Below are positions 44,878 through 54,503 of a stretch of DNA of 64,000 bases, piece after piece (the first letter of the stretch is position 1; each line of letters begins with the position of its first letter). The DNA is from a virus (taxonomy: Duplodnaviria; Heunggongvirae; Uroviricota; Caudoviricetes), in IMG/VR virus record IMGVR_UViG_3300042346_001601, one strand, 5' to 3'. The notes beneath the pieces were generated by a model that was not told the DNA's origin, searched no databases, and was given only the letters and a program-made list of their open reading frames with translations. Position numbers and translations under genes: made by a program.

Positions 44878-45879
44878 TTATAAAGTGTTAAAATAATTAG
44901 ATTGCTGGAGATGTTTCAAATAATCTAAAATTTTCAGAAATTCTTCCGGTCTTTTCTCGCCGTGGAGAACCTTGATGTCCCTTTTAGAAGGAGGAATTCT
45001 ATAAAAATTAAGAGAATAGTCCTTATTTTCCTCCGACATCCAGGTGGAAAATCCTGGATGTCCCTCTTCATAAAAATGACAAACCGTGTTGATCCCATCT
45101 CTTAAATTTATATAGCATAGTGGAAATCCTTCGTTGGTTTTTTTCCACGATAAAACGTTGTAGATTGTCTCTTCGTGAAAAGCGGCAACCCTAGATAAAC
45201 TAATTTTCAATTTGGGAAGCAGAAAACAGAATTCCCTCCATGTTTTAACAAAATTCAAACAAGATGAATTACAGAGTATAACGTTGGTTGTTCTGTAGGT
45301 TCCCCTAGATTCCGCAGGCATTTCTAAAAATTGCATTAAAGGCCATTCTAGGGTTTTGGTTAAATCGGCCTTTGGCCAGCACCCTTCAAATGGATTTCCT
45401 CTTTCAAACCCATTTGGCTCGACTATGATCATATATTGATGAATGCCCTCCGTGCAAACTGGGTAGTCTTTTACGATGGGCATCCAATCGAACATTTCGT
45501 CGATTATAGGAGAAGCTATACAATCCGAATCTAAGTAGCAGAGCTCTTCGAAACCTTCTTCTAAAGCCAGCTGCATAGCCATAGTCTTAGCACATAAAAT
45601 TTTATAAATTTTTGGATTTTCTCTGGTAACGTAAAAATTACCATTAGCTTGATGAGTAAAATTATCTAGGTAGTCTTCATCCAGTTCTAGATCTAAATTT
45701 CTAAAGATAACTTTTTCCAGTCCTTTAAAGAAAAGGGACGCATCAGGAGAGCAATTTACACCGCAAACAATAATAGGAAATTTAGAGAAGAGTTCTATAC
45801 TTGTAGCTAAATTTTTGGCTATGTCTAGATAATTTTCAGTGGCATGTGTAATAAAAGCTCTTTTCATACAAATTCCCAT
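44878..45879 (-). CDS. possible GT-A fold glycosyltransferase
   Basis: N-terminal Rossmann-like FITHATENYLDIA... and DxD-like YLDSDCIA. Confidence 0.4.
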   Translation of the reverse strand: MGICMKRAFITHATENYLDIAKNLATSIELFSKFPIIVCGVNCSPDASLFFKGLEKVIFRNLDLELDEDYLDNFTHQANGNFYVTRENPKIYKILCAKTMAMQLALEEGFEELCYLDSDCIASPIIDEMFDWMPIVKDYPVCTEGIHQYMIIVEPNGFERGNPFEGCWPKADLTKTLEWPLMQFLEMPAESRGTYRTTNVILCNSSCLNFVKTWREFCFLLPKLKISLSRVAAFHEETIYNVLSWKKTNEGFPLCYINLRDGINTVCHFYEEGHPGFSTWMSEENKDYSLNFYRIPPSKRDIKVLHGEKRPEEFLKILDYLKHLQQSNYFNTL

Positions 45880-46790
45880 CCTCCTCCTGGAAACTTTTCG
45901 GCTTGATCCAAAACGTCAAAAATTTTACCATTTCTCCAAAACTCGAATTTTTGTAAACTAGGATCAATCTCAAATTGTTGGAACTCTGATATTGTCATCT
46001 TTTGGATATCGTTATCCTTTCTTATAAAGATTTCCAAGGGTTGTTTCACATCGTAAACCAAACAGTGTTGGGGATCTGCGGTGCCAACATTTTTGGAGAA
46101 ATAAATTTTGAATTCCTGCCAGGGAGAATAATTGTAAAAATCTTCGTGCCAATTACGAAAAGTGTAAATATGATCTTCGATAATAAAATCCCTGTTAATT
46201 GAAACATTAATTTTTTGGGCAAGATCTGCCCAAAAGTGTTCCGCACAATCAAACTCCAAACATCTTTCCCAAATAAATTCAGATTCTAGATTTTCTAATT
46301 TTGATTGTGAGACGGAAAAAAATTGGGAAGCACAATCATTAATTAATTTTTTTCCATTTTCGGTTGTTCTAAAAGCAAAAAAAGATTCTTGGTTTTTGTA
46401 TTTGATGAAATTTAAAATTTGATTATCGATGACCAAATCATATAGCATAAAATAATTCATGTCATAATTTAGAATCCTTGCAAGTTGAACTAATTTCAGA
46501 ACCTGAGAAAACCCAGCAAAACGGTTATTTCTCCAAAATCTGTAAAATTTAATTTTTTTCGCTCCAAAAAATTCTTCTTTCCAAAAAAGGTTAGAAGAAT
46601 CCTCTTTTAATGGGTTATTTGGGTTGAAAAAATAAAAATCAACTAAGTTTAGAATGTCTCTTTCCAGATGAATAGACGAATAAAGCAAAATAGATGTGTC
46701 TATTTGCCTTAAAAGTTCCAAATTAATTTTTAGAACTTTTCTTTTTTCTTCTGAATCACAATGAGAACTAATTAAAACTAATTTTTTCAT
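45864..46790 (-). CDS. uncharacterised family protein (paralog 1 of 3 in cluster)
   Basis: N-terminus KKLVLISSHCDSEEKRKVLKINLELL...SIHLERDILNLVDFYFFNPNN aligns with N-termini of 49799..50920 and 56003..56983. Confidence 0.45.
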   Translation of the reverse strand: MKKLVLISSHCDSEEKRKVLKINLELLRQIDTSILLYSSIHLERDILNLVDFYFFNPNNPLKEDSSNLFWKEEFFGAKKIKFYRFWRNNRFAGFSQVLKLVQLARILNYDMNYFMLYDLVIDNQILNFIKYKNQESFFAFRTTENGKKLINDCASQFFSVSQSKLENLESEFIWERCLEFDCAEHFWADLAQKINVSINRDFIIEDHIYTFRNWHEDFYNYSPWQEFKIYFSKNVGTADPQHCLVYDVKQPLEIFIRKDNDIQKMTISEFQQFEIDPSLQKFEFWRNGKIFDVLDQAEKFPGGGWEFV

Positions 46791-46797
46791 AATTCTT

Positions 46798-47439
46798 TTA
46801 AAAATTAATTTTTTTTAAATATCCATTTGGATTAAAAGTGACATTGTAACCATAAAAATCACACCATTTTCTATCTATTTCGAATTGTGGATTTTGTGGT
46901 AAAAATTCTTCTATCGCTCTAAGAGGACCTCCGTCATAGTTTTTTTCGATGCCCATCCAATTCACAGTTCCGTCTTCAACGATCATATAGGAATCTTCGC
47001 TGATTAAATCTTTGAATTTATTCATCACAGACAAAACATCGTTATAGTTGTGTGACCCATCTTCAATCAACATAATTTTTTTAAATGAGGATGCATAATC
47101 CAAGTTGTATTCTTGATAACCTCCCAAGAATCTCTGAATTCTTGGATGTCGATTAATCAAACCCCTCTTTTCTTCGGAATTTGATAAAAAAGTTTCATCC
47201 TGAATATCCACAGTATGAACCATACCTTTACCTATATTATTTAAAATATCACCCAAATACAGACACGATCCTCCATAATTAGTCCCTATTTCTATTATCA
47301 AATCGGGTCTTATTTCATTAATTATCATTTGATACATTACGTAATCAAATGGGGATTTTTCAGTTATAATTCCTCTATATAAAGTTTTTAGATGTCCATC
47401 CATGATACCATCTAAATTTAAGTTGTATGAATTGTTCAT
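46798..47439 (-). CDS. class I SAM-dependent methyltransferase, CmcI/rhamnosyl-O-methyltransferase-like
   Basis: DLIIEIGTNYGGSCLYL motif I; MVHTVDIQDE; family architecture of CmcI-type sugar O-MTases. Confidence 0.55.
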   Translation of the reverse strand: MNNSYNLNLDGIMDGHLKTLYRGIITEKSPFDYVMYQMIINEIRPDLIIEIGTNYGGSCLYLGDILNNIGKGMVHTVDIQDETFLSNSEEKRGLINRHPRIQRFLGGYQEYNLDYASSFKKIMLIEDGSHNYNDVLSVMNKFKDLISEDSYMIVEDGTVNWMGIEKNYDGGPLRAIEEFLPQNPQFEIDRKWCDFYGYNVTFNPNGYLKKINF

Positions 47440-47449
47440 TTTTTTTATT

Positions 47450-47854
47450 TTAAAGATCCACTCTCATAGTATTGCACTCCCTGAAAAATCCACATCTTTC
47501 ATAGAAATTAATTCTCTCATCGAAACAGGATAGAATAACCTTATAACATCCAAGATCCCTGGCTTTTTCCAAAGCTTTTTGAACCAATAAAAAACCAATT
47601 TTATTACCTCTAAATTTTTCTTTCACCGCCACATCTTCAATGAATCCTGCTAACCCGCCATTTCGGATTAATTTTCTTTGGAGATGGAGTGTAATTGTTC
47701 CTATGATTTCTTGTTCTTCAACCGCAACAAAATTGTAATTATTTGTCATCCATTCAGATAAAACGTTTTCTTGTATTTCTGTGATGTACCAGGTCTCCTT
47801 CAAGATTTCCAGTAATCCAGCTTCATCTCCCTTCTGAAATTCGCGAATGGTCAT
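47450..47854 (-). CDS. GNAT family N-acetyltransferase
   Basis: motif A VAVKEKFRGNKIGFLLVQKALEKA (Q/R-x-x-G-x-G/A). Confidence 0.8.
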   Translation of the reverse strand: MTIREFQKGDEAGLLEILKETWYITEIQENVLSEWMTNNYNFVAVEEQEIIGTITLHLQRKLIRNGGLAGFIEDVAVKEKFRGNKIGFLLVQKALEKARDLGCYKVILSCFDERINFYERCGFFRECNTMRVDL

Positions 47855-47859
47855 AAATG

Positions 47860-49020
47860 TTATTTTTGTGATTCGATAACGTTTTGAATCACAAATTCAA
47901 TATCATCATCGGTTAAAAATAAATGTAAAGGTAAACTAATAATTTTCTCGCTCAGGTTCAATGAATTCGGATTCAACCCAAATTGTGATTTGTACATATC
48001 ATAATGGGTATTATCACGATAATGAACTCCTGGATATATCCCACGAATATTTAAAAATTCCATAGTTTTGTTTCTTTCTTCCACAACAATTTGATACAAA
48101 TGCCTAGAAGAAAGTTCTGTGTACGGAGAAACTTTAACTGACTGGATGCCTGCAGATTGAAATGACTTTTCATACATTTGGCAGATTTCTCTTCTTCTGG
48201 TGTTATCCTCTTCAAGATATTTCAAACCAACTAAAGCCATCGAAGCCATCATAGAATTACCATGATATTTGAAACCAACATCAACGAGATCATATTCCCA
48301 TTTATAACTTCCTTTGTCGTGTGATCTTTGGTAAGTGTCTTTAGAAATTCCAAGCCAAGATAATTTTCTGGCTAATACGTCATAATCTTCATTCTTGAAA
48401 CAGATCATTCCCGAATCTGCGGTCGGAAGATTTTTGACCGCCTGAAAACTAAAAATAGAAACATCAGCATCTAAACCAACATGATCTTTCGAGTAACCAA
48501 CACCAACCTCTGTTTTGTTTTTTATCCAGGTTCCAGCCATATGTGCGGCATCTAAAATAATTTTAAGGCCTTTGCGTTGGCAAAAATTTACTATTTCATC
48601 GAACCTCCCGGCATTACCCCCAATTCCCACAAATAAAACAGCTTTGGTTTTTTTGGTGATTTTTGATTCTACTGATTTTGGATCCAGACATAGAAATTCA
48701 TCTACGTCTGCAAAGATTGGTCTCAGTCTTTCGTACATTATTGCGTGATTTGAAGACACAAAAGTTAAGGGGGACGTGATAATCTCGTCTCCTTCTTTCC
48801 ATTTATTGGCGTCTTTTAAAATTTTTAAGGCAAGATGCAAACCAGAGGTGTTCGAATTTAGAAAATGCGCATGCTTAAATCCGGTGTATTTTTTCCATTC
48901 TTCTTCAATCTGCTGAGTTTTAAAACCTAAACCTGTCCATCCTATTTCCATACACTCTTGCATATGTTCCCAGATTTCTGATGTTCTGAACTTAGGTTTG
49001 AATAATTGAATATTTTTCAT
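47860..49020 (-). CDS. DegT/DnrJ/EryC1/StrS-family PLP-dependent sugar aminotransferase
   Basis: 386 aa; DAAHMAG...; PLP-lysine context SIFSFQAVKNL; overall collinearity with ArnB/FdtB-type enzymes. Confidence 0.85.
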   Translation of the reverse strand: MKNIQLFKPKFRTSEIWEHMQECMEIGWTGLGFKTQQIEEEWKKYTGFKHAHFLNSNTSGLHLALKILKDANKWKEGDEIITSPLTFVSSNHAIMYERLRPIFADVDEFLCLDPKSVESKITKKTKAVLFVGIGGNAGRFDEIVNFCQRKGLKIILDAAHMAGTWIKNKTEVGVGYSKDHVGLDADVSIFSFQAVKNLPTADSGMICFKNEDYDVLARKLSWLGISKDTYQRSHDKGSYKWEYDLVDVGFKYHGNSMMASMALVGLKYLEEDNTRRREICQMYEKSFQSAGIQSVKVSPYTELSSRHLYQIVVEERNKTMEFLNIRGIYPGVHYRDNTHYDMYKSQFGLNPNSLNLSEKIISLPLHLFLTDDDIEFVIQNVIESQK

Positions 49021-49031
49021 TCTTAAAAAAT

Positions 49032-49802
49032 TTAAAAATTATGAAATTTTTGATTGAAAATCGATTTAATTTCATCTAAATCTTTTTCTGTTATTTCAGT
49101 TTGAGCTTTAGATGACATTGAATCTTCTTTTTTTTCATAAACAAATGATGGATAATCAAGATATCCTATTCTACCGCGAAGAGATAATTCAAAATTGGTA
49201 GCCCAATCTATGAAATGCTTATTTTTAACATAACTTAAATCAATGTCAGTGAAATTTCTAAAAAATCTTGATGATGAGTAGCACAAGTTACTATGATGTA
49301 AAAGTTTTTTGTCAATTTCTCCGTCACTAATTGGATGTAAAACGGAGTTATACTCTGTCATAGCAGCAATCCAAAAGCTCCCATCCGCCGAGGGAACCAA
49401 TTTTCTTCCTTCACTAATCAAATATCCAGTGCTAACGAGAGAAAAATCAGGATTATTTTCTAAAAAATCAAATTGTTTTTTTAGTTTATATGGATCTATC
49501 CAATAATCATCTGGGTCTATATAAGCAACATAAGAAGTTGAACAATTTTTGAGAAGAAAAATAACGGTTTCTATAAATCCTTTGTTTTCTTTATTGGAAA
49601 ATATCGAAATTTTAAAATTTTCGTTTTCAAAATTTTTTAATCTGTGTAAAATAGCCAGACTTTGATCTGTAGAACAGTCATCGCAGGCTATAAAATGAAT
49701 ATTGCAGTCGATTTTTTGCACGTAAACGGAAAAAAAAGCACGATCTAAAAAATAAGCATAATTGTAGACCGGCATTATAACACTTATTTCTTTTCTTTTC
49801 AT
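49032..49802 (-). CDS. glycosyltransferase family 2
   Basis: ISVIMPVYNYAYFLDRAFFSV...IACDDCSTDQS...YIDPDDYW (DxD). Confidence 0.8.
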   Translation of the reverse strand: MKRKEISVIMPVYNYAYFLDRAFFSVYVQKIDCNIHFIACDDCSTDQSLAILHRLKNFENENFKISIFSNKENKGFIETVIFLLKNCSTSYVAYIDPDDYWIDPYKLKKQFDFLENNPDFSLVSTGYLISEGRKLVPSADGSFWIAAMTEYNSVLHPISDGEIDKKLLHHSNLCYSSSRFFRNFTDIDLSYVKNKHFIDWATNFELSLRGRIGYLDYPSFVYEKKEDSMSSKAQTEITEKDLDEIKSIFNQKFHNF

Positions 49803-50920
49803 TCGATTTTATAGTAATTTTTTACCAAAGCATATTTAGACAAGTTTTCTCTTTTAATTTTTATAGAATCTGTGAATTGACATGTTTCATCTTCTATATT
49901 ATGTAATTTTTTTGTGAAAACTACAGAGTCCCCATCTACAAACAAATCATTCAATTTTTCTTTGTACCACCCTCCCTTTCCTAGAATTATTTCGCGATGG
50001 AAAATTTCTTCTGAATTTTCAGTAATAATCTTAATGGAGAAGCTGACTTCATTACAAGGGCAACCTGGTTCAACATTTAAAAGTAAATAACAATCCGATA
50101 GATCTTCCTTCCAGAATAGTGAAGAAGTTGTGGTGAAATGTAAAGCGCTTGGCCCAGGTTTTATGATCGAACTTACTGTATTCCAATTTCCGAATCCGAA
50201 AAATTTATCCATCTCGGAATGTTCATCAACTAGATTATTATCCCCGCCAAAAAGTTTTAGCATCACATCTTCAAGACCACAATTGGGAAAAATCTTTTGA
50301 AAATTGGAATTATCCGAAAAATCGAGATTTGGAATTTTTTGAATCAAACTTTCGTCCAAAGTAAACCCAAAAAGGTGTGGGCAATACCAGCTACTAAAAT
50401 TTGGATTATTTTTTATAAAGTAATTTTTGTGCTCCCCTAAATTCGAAAAAATTTCAGAGAATTTTTGTTGAATATTATCCGGACATTTGAAATCTCCAAC
50501 AAAATAAAAGGCAAATTCATATCCCTTTGACCACAAAAATTTAATCGAATTAACAAATTGGGAGACAATGGAAACCGACCAACCGGTAACAACCAAATGG
50601 TCTCTAAACATTTCATTTCCTATTTGAATGTATTTCAGGTAAACTGGATTTTGTATTCCCTCTAGATTGTAATTTAGAATGTCTGAATCAAGGAAATGAT
50701 AATTGTTTTTCCTTTCAAAAATAAAATAAGTAGTGTTTTCAATAATCTCGGGAGTACATGGATGGTGGCTAGTTAAAAGAACGTCTATCTCATTTTGTTG
50801 AAAAATTTTTAGATTGGCCAGAAGAATTTCTTGTTCCTCCGTGGTTTGGGGATATGCATCTATGATGACACAGAACTTTTTATCTGATATTTTTTCTCCT
50901 ATTAAATTATCAGAATTCAT
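49799..50920 (-). CDS. uncharacterised family protein (paralog 2 of 3)
   Basis: N-terminus KKFCVIIDAYPQTTEEQEILLANLKIF...TSHHPCTPEIIENTTYFIFERKNN. Confidence 0.45.
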   Translation of the reverse strand: MNSDNLIGEKISDKKFCVIIDAYPQTTEEQEILLANLKIFQQNEIDVLLTSHHPCTPEIIENTTYFIFERKNNYHFLDSDILNYNLEGIQNPVYLKYIQIGNEMFRDHLVVTGWSVSIVSQFVNSIKFLWSKGYEFAFYFVGDFKCPDNIQQKFSEIFSNLGEHKNYFIKNNPNFSSWYCPHLFGFTLDESLIQKIPNLDFSDNSNFQKIFPNCGLEDVMLKLFGGDNNLVDEHSEMDKFFGFGNWNTVSSIIKPGPSALHFTTTSSLFWKEDLSDCYLLLNVEPGCPCNEVSFSIKIITENSEEIFHREIILGKGGWYKEKLNDLFVDGDSVVFTKKLHNIEDETCQFTDSIKIKRENLSKYALVKNYYKIE

Positions 50921-50921
50921 G

Positions 50922-51851
50922 CTAAGACAAGATCTTTTTATTCTGCCAAGCCCAGATCATATTTCCAGTGTGGTGTGTTTGAAATCCATTTTCTGAAAAG
51001 ATAAGCAATAATTGATCCGGAGGATGAATATGATATTCCAAAACTATCTTTGGTATAGACTTTAAAAATTCAGAGCTCATGTTTGGAAAAATTTCCCATT
51101 CACCTCCCTCGCAGTCTATTTTTAAAAAATCTATTTTTACCTCATTTTCTTTTGCCCATTCTTCCAGGACAACTCCTTGACAAAAAACACTTTCATCGGT
51201 GTGATCGAACGAAACAGAAACTGAATTCAAAACACTTGACTCATGAATATTTAGTTTCAAATCCTTTTTTTCCGACCACACAGCTAAATTGTGGACATGA
51301 ATTGGCAAATCACCGAAGTTTGTTTGAATAAAACTTGATAGCTTGGGGTCTGGTTCAAACGAGTGAACTTGTGCAGCTCCTTTTGTAATCGAAAAAAAGG
51401 AAAAGAAACCGATGTTTGCCCCAATATCAACAACAACATCTCCAGGTTCCACTTTACAATGTTCGTGGTTGTATTCCCCACTTAAAAAAATCTCCCAAAG
51501 TACAAGCCCTGTTACTAAGTCTTTTTTTGAAAGATTACTTCCTATATTTTTCAACCTGTTCTTTGGGTCCAAATTTCTTATATCATGCCTAAAAGTATCT
51601 GAGTAATCACAAACTTCGAGTAGGATTTCTCCAGTTTGCAAATCCTCTACTACAAAAGTGATAAATTTTGTGATTCTACCGCTATATGCTACCCAGTATG
51701 AACATTTGGGAAAAACATTAATTATGTCACCCCAATAACACAATCTTGTGTGAGAATCTATAAACTTAATTACAATTTCCCTTTCCTCGTCAAAATGACT
51801 GGTAAAGTCTATCCCGTTTCTATCCGGTAAAATGTGATTTAGAGAGATCAT
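50922..51851 (-). CDS. FkbM-family methyltransferase
   Basis: VVDIGANIGFFSFFSITKGAAQVHSFEPDPK matches FkbM (Methyltransf_21) signature. Confidence 0.7.
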   Translation of the reverse strand: MISLNHILPDRNGIDFTSHFDEEREIVIKFIDSHTRLCYWGDIINVFPKCSYWVAYSGRITKFITFVVEDLQTGEILLEVCDYSDTFRHDIRNLDPKNRLKNIGSNLSKKDLVTGLVLWEIFLSGEYNHEHCKVEPGDVVVDIGANIGFFSFFSITKGAAQVHSFEPDPKLSSFIQTNFGDLPIHVHNLAVWSEKKDLKLNIHESSVLNSVSVSFDHTDESVFCQGVVLEEWAKENEVKIDFLKIDCEGGEWEIFPNMSSEFLKSIPKIVLEYHIHPPDQLLLIFSENGFQTHHTGNMIWAWQNKKILS

Positions 51852-51858
51852 AATTTTT

Positions 51859-52635
51859 TTATTTATTATTTTGTCTTAGAACTTCTTTCTCCTTATTGAA
51901 ACAATGCAAAGAAGTGATGTGCATGGTAAAAAATCCAGGTTTAACCTCGCCCCAGGATTCGGGATTTCTTTCCCTCAATTTTTCTAGAACCCAAAAAACT
52001 TTCCGACAAGCCATATAGATATCGTCTCTAAAGTGGCGGAGATAGTCACAGGACCTGATGTAATACACGATGTGTAGATAATCCGCTCTTCTCATAAAAT
52101 GATAGCCGATTGTACAAGGAACTCGTTCCCCGTGGACAGATCCAGTGTCTTCCGGGAACCACAGGGGCAGAAAAGCCTGTCTAGTGAAAGGTTCTCTTGC
52201 CAACAAATCAATCACATCACCAAAGTCACCGTAGTTGTACCTAATGCCAAACATGGTCGAATTGGGTTCTTCTGATGCAAATTTAGGCCAGAGTCTTTCT
52301 GGATAAGTGTGAGAAAATTTCTCCTCTGTTTTGAATTGGGAATTCTTCTTTTGGTTGAAAGGCCACCATTCGTTAGAAGGAGGTGGATTCAGCGGCTGGC
52401 CCCCGATTCTTTCTTCAAAATGATCGTCCGCCCAGGGAAGATTAGGTCTGACCTCATCACGTAGTTCTTCGAGTGTGTGGGGGACAAACATAGAGAAAGA
52501 AGTATTTAAGGTTTCCCACATGTCGTCAGGGGAAGGTATACCCTGCCATCTCTCGGTCTGTACGACATATCCGTGATCGATCAATTTTTCCTTAGCCCAC
52601 TTGATGGCTTGTGAGGGCTTTTGAAATGTTTTCAA
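51859..52635 (-). CDS. thymidylate synthase-fold paralog: putative pyrimidine (dCMP-type) 5-hydroxymethylase/methylase
   Basis: C-terminal 120 aa collinear with ThyA: REPFTRQAFLPLWF~NDPDSRRIIVSAWN; ERVPCTIGYHFM~MALAPCHAFFQFY (catalytic Cys kept); YYIRSCDYLRHFRDDIYMA~LYQRSCDVFLGLPFNIASY with Asp replacing the ThyA Asn177 (the dCMP-hydroxymethylase-type switch); GFFTMHITSLHCF~GDFVWTGGDTHLY. Long divergent N-terminus. Confidence 0.7.
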   Translation of the reverse strand: MKTFQKPSQAIKWAKEKLIDHGYVVQTERWQGIPSPDDMWETLNTSFSMFVPHTLEELRDEVRPNLPWADDHFEERIGGQPLNPPPSNEWWPFNQKKNSQFKTEEKFSHTYPERLWPKFASEEPNSTMFGIRYNYGDFGDVIDLLAREPFTRQAFLPLWFPEDTGSVHGERVPCTIGYHFMRRADYLHIVYYIRSCDYLRHFRDDIYMACRKVFWVLEKLRERNPESWGEVKPGFFTMHITSLHCFNKEKEVLRQNNK

Positions 52636-52695
52636 TGGGATGAATTTTCAAATTATACGGCCTAATCTGAATTAGTTTTCGATGGATTTTAAGTT

Positions 52696-53328
52696 TCAAT
52701 CTAAAATCCAGGAAGATATTTTTTCAGGGGAAATTAAATTCAAATCTCTGGTTCTATTTTGCTGGAAAATTTTATACTCAAAATATGGGTTATCGAAAGG
52801 AACGAGCTCTTGGCTTTCCCTTTTGATCAGTCCAACACCTTCGTCGGTATTAACAGTACAAATATTCAGATCTGGCCTGGTTGCCTTTAACTTATAGATA
52901 GTTTTCCAAACTGTTCCATTCCATGCTACTCCAAGATAATCTTCGATGACCCGAATGTAATTTACTTCATACATAAAAGGATCACAATCATGAAGAACTA
53001 TAACTCCCTCTTCTGTCAAGTGATTCAAAGAATTTAAGATGTCTTTTTCTACCTGGTAAGAAAGGTGTAATCCGTCGATAAAAATAAGATCCCACTCATA
53101 ATCAGGAGGTAAATCCAACAGATTATTTTCTAGCCTGGAAAAAAATTCATCAGAGGTAAACGGATACTTGACCGGATTTTCAGGATTTTCTAGACCTGGA
53201 TCGACCCCAGATTTCTCTTCGCATTGAATTAAATCGTAACAATCCTCAGGCCATCTTACTCCTATCTCCAAGTAGGTGCTAAATTTTTTGGTACTGATAA
53301 TCTGATTGATCACTTCTGATCTATGCAT
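52696..53328 (-). CDS. class I SAM-dependent methyltransferase (Methyltransf_24/CmcI-like)
   Basis: STYLEIGV motif I; DLIFIDGLH; VIVLHDCDP. Confidence 0.55.
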   Translation of the reverse strand: MHRSEVINQIISTKKFSTYLEIGVRWPEDCYDLIQCEEKSGVDPGLENPENPVKYPFTSDEFFSRLENNLLDLPPDYEWDLIFIDGLHLSYQVEKDILNSLNHLTEEGVIVLHDCDPFMYEVNYIRVIEDYLGVAWNGTVWKTIYKLKATRPDLNICTVNTDEGVGLIKRESQELVPFDNPYFEYKIFQQNRTRDLNLISPEKISSWILD

Positions 53329-53353
53329 AAGTTCAAATTTGTAAATTAATCAC

Positions 53354-53379
53354 AAAAAACCCAGCCGAAGCTGGGTTGA
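53354..53379 (-). terminator. rho-independent terminator after small lipoprotein gene
   Basis: minus-strand AACCCAGC-UUCG-GCUGGGUU followed by UUUUUUG. Confidence 0.6.
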
Positions 53380-53392
53380 AGAGAAGAAATCT

Positions 53393-53553
53393 TATTGAGC
53401 TGAAACTGTATCAACAGGGGCGGTAGCTTCTGTTGTAGTGTCAACTGGAGTGGTTTCTTCAACTACTGCCGGTTCATCAGTTGTAGTTTCTACTACAGGA
53501 CCGCAGGAGCTTAGGATGGAAATGAGAGCGAGCGTAAGCAGGGATTTTGTCAT
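53393..53553 (-). CDS. small lipoprotein (53 aa, below ORF-track cutoff)
   Basis: MTKSLLTLALISILSSCGPVVETTTDEPAVVEETTPVDTTTEATAPVDTVSAQ: signal peptide + lipobox LSSC, Thr/Pro-rich; followed by terminator. Confidence 0.4.
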
Positions 53554-53618
53554 TGTTTTTTTTGTTTTTTGTTTTAACTTTCTTTATATATTGAATCACC
53601 AACAAGGTTTCAAATTTT

Positions 53619-54206
53619 TTAATTTGCTATTTGAAATTTTTTAGGATCTGTAAAGGCCGGCTTACGATTTGGAAAATAATAAGTTATTTTTTCTTTCTTG
53701 TCGATGGTTAGGATTTTCCAAAAACCAGTTGGAACTGTTGCTCCCGTACTTAATTTTTCAGGAGACCCTGAAAAATCTAGTTTAATGAGAACGTCGACCT
53801 GATGAAATTCTGCTACCAATTGTCTCTCTTTGGCCTCTAAAATTCTCCAAACCCCCCGATTTAAATCTTGGTGTTGGAGAGCACAGTTGAGGTAGGAGAA
53901 AGTTCTTACTAGTGACTCCTTAGAACAACTGAAAGTAGCCGCCGGGGCTAGGTGCCCTTTGTCCCAGATATTCTTTTCGTAATCCGCATGATCAGAGGTA
54001 ATGATGGAATCAACCCGGTAAAAATCCAATCCTTGTCTGCTCTCCTTTGCCGCAGTACATCTGACCGAGTATGATAATTCTAGAGGTTGCTGATATATTT
54101 CAGAGTAAACGAGAGAGTATTCCCCCGCATTAACCGCTACAGATGCTCTTTGTGAATATGTACAAAAAGGAAAAAAAAGGACAAAAAGTAAAATTCTTGA
54201 TAGCAT
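53619..54206 (-). CDS. secreted non-specific DNA/RNA endonuclease (Serratia NucA/EndoG family)
   Basis: N-terminal signal peptide MLSRILLFVLFFPFCTYSQ; active-site motif DKGHLAPAA (DRGH motif). Confidence 0.7.
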   Translation of the reverse strand: MLSRILLFVLFFPFCTYSQRASVAVNAGEYSLVYSEIYQQPLELSYSVRCTAAKESRQGLDFYRVDSIITSDHADYEKNIWDKGHLAPAATFSCSKESLVRTFSYLNCALQHQDLNRGVWRILEAKERQLVAEFHQVDVLIKLDFSGSPEKLSTGATVPTGFWKILTIDKKEKITYYFPNRKPAFTDPKKFQIAN

Positions 54207-54249
54207 TGGATATTTTTTCCTTTATATATCCAATCTGGGTGTCGTGAAC

Positions 54250-54498
54250 CTATCTAGAGGCTAAAGATTCGTACTCTTGCTCCAAGAAAGACATCTCAAT
54301 CTCGGCGGATCTCTGATCCAAGCCCATTTCAGCCATAATTAAATTTACCCCAAAATCAGTCCATTCTTTTTTAACCGAGCCTTTTAAGGGATGGTTCAGC
54401 ACCCAGAGGTGATCTTTCTTAATTTGCTCATCGTGTAATCCAGTGTAAAGCTGATGCCTTTTTTTGAGAGAATTAATAATGTGATTTTTCGTCTCCAT
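54250..54498 (-). CDS. hypothetical protein
   Basis: 82-aa ORF. Confidence 0.4.
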   Translation of the reverse strand: METKNHIINSLKKRHQLYTGLHDEQIKKDHLWVLNHPLKGSVKKEWTDFGVNLIMAEMGLDQRSAEIEMSFLEQEYESLASR

Positions 54499-54503
54499 TG
54501 ATT

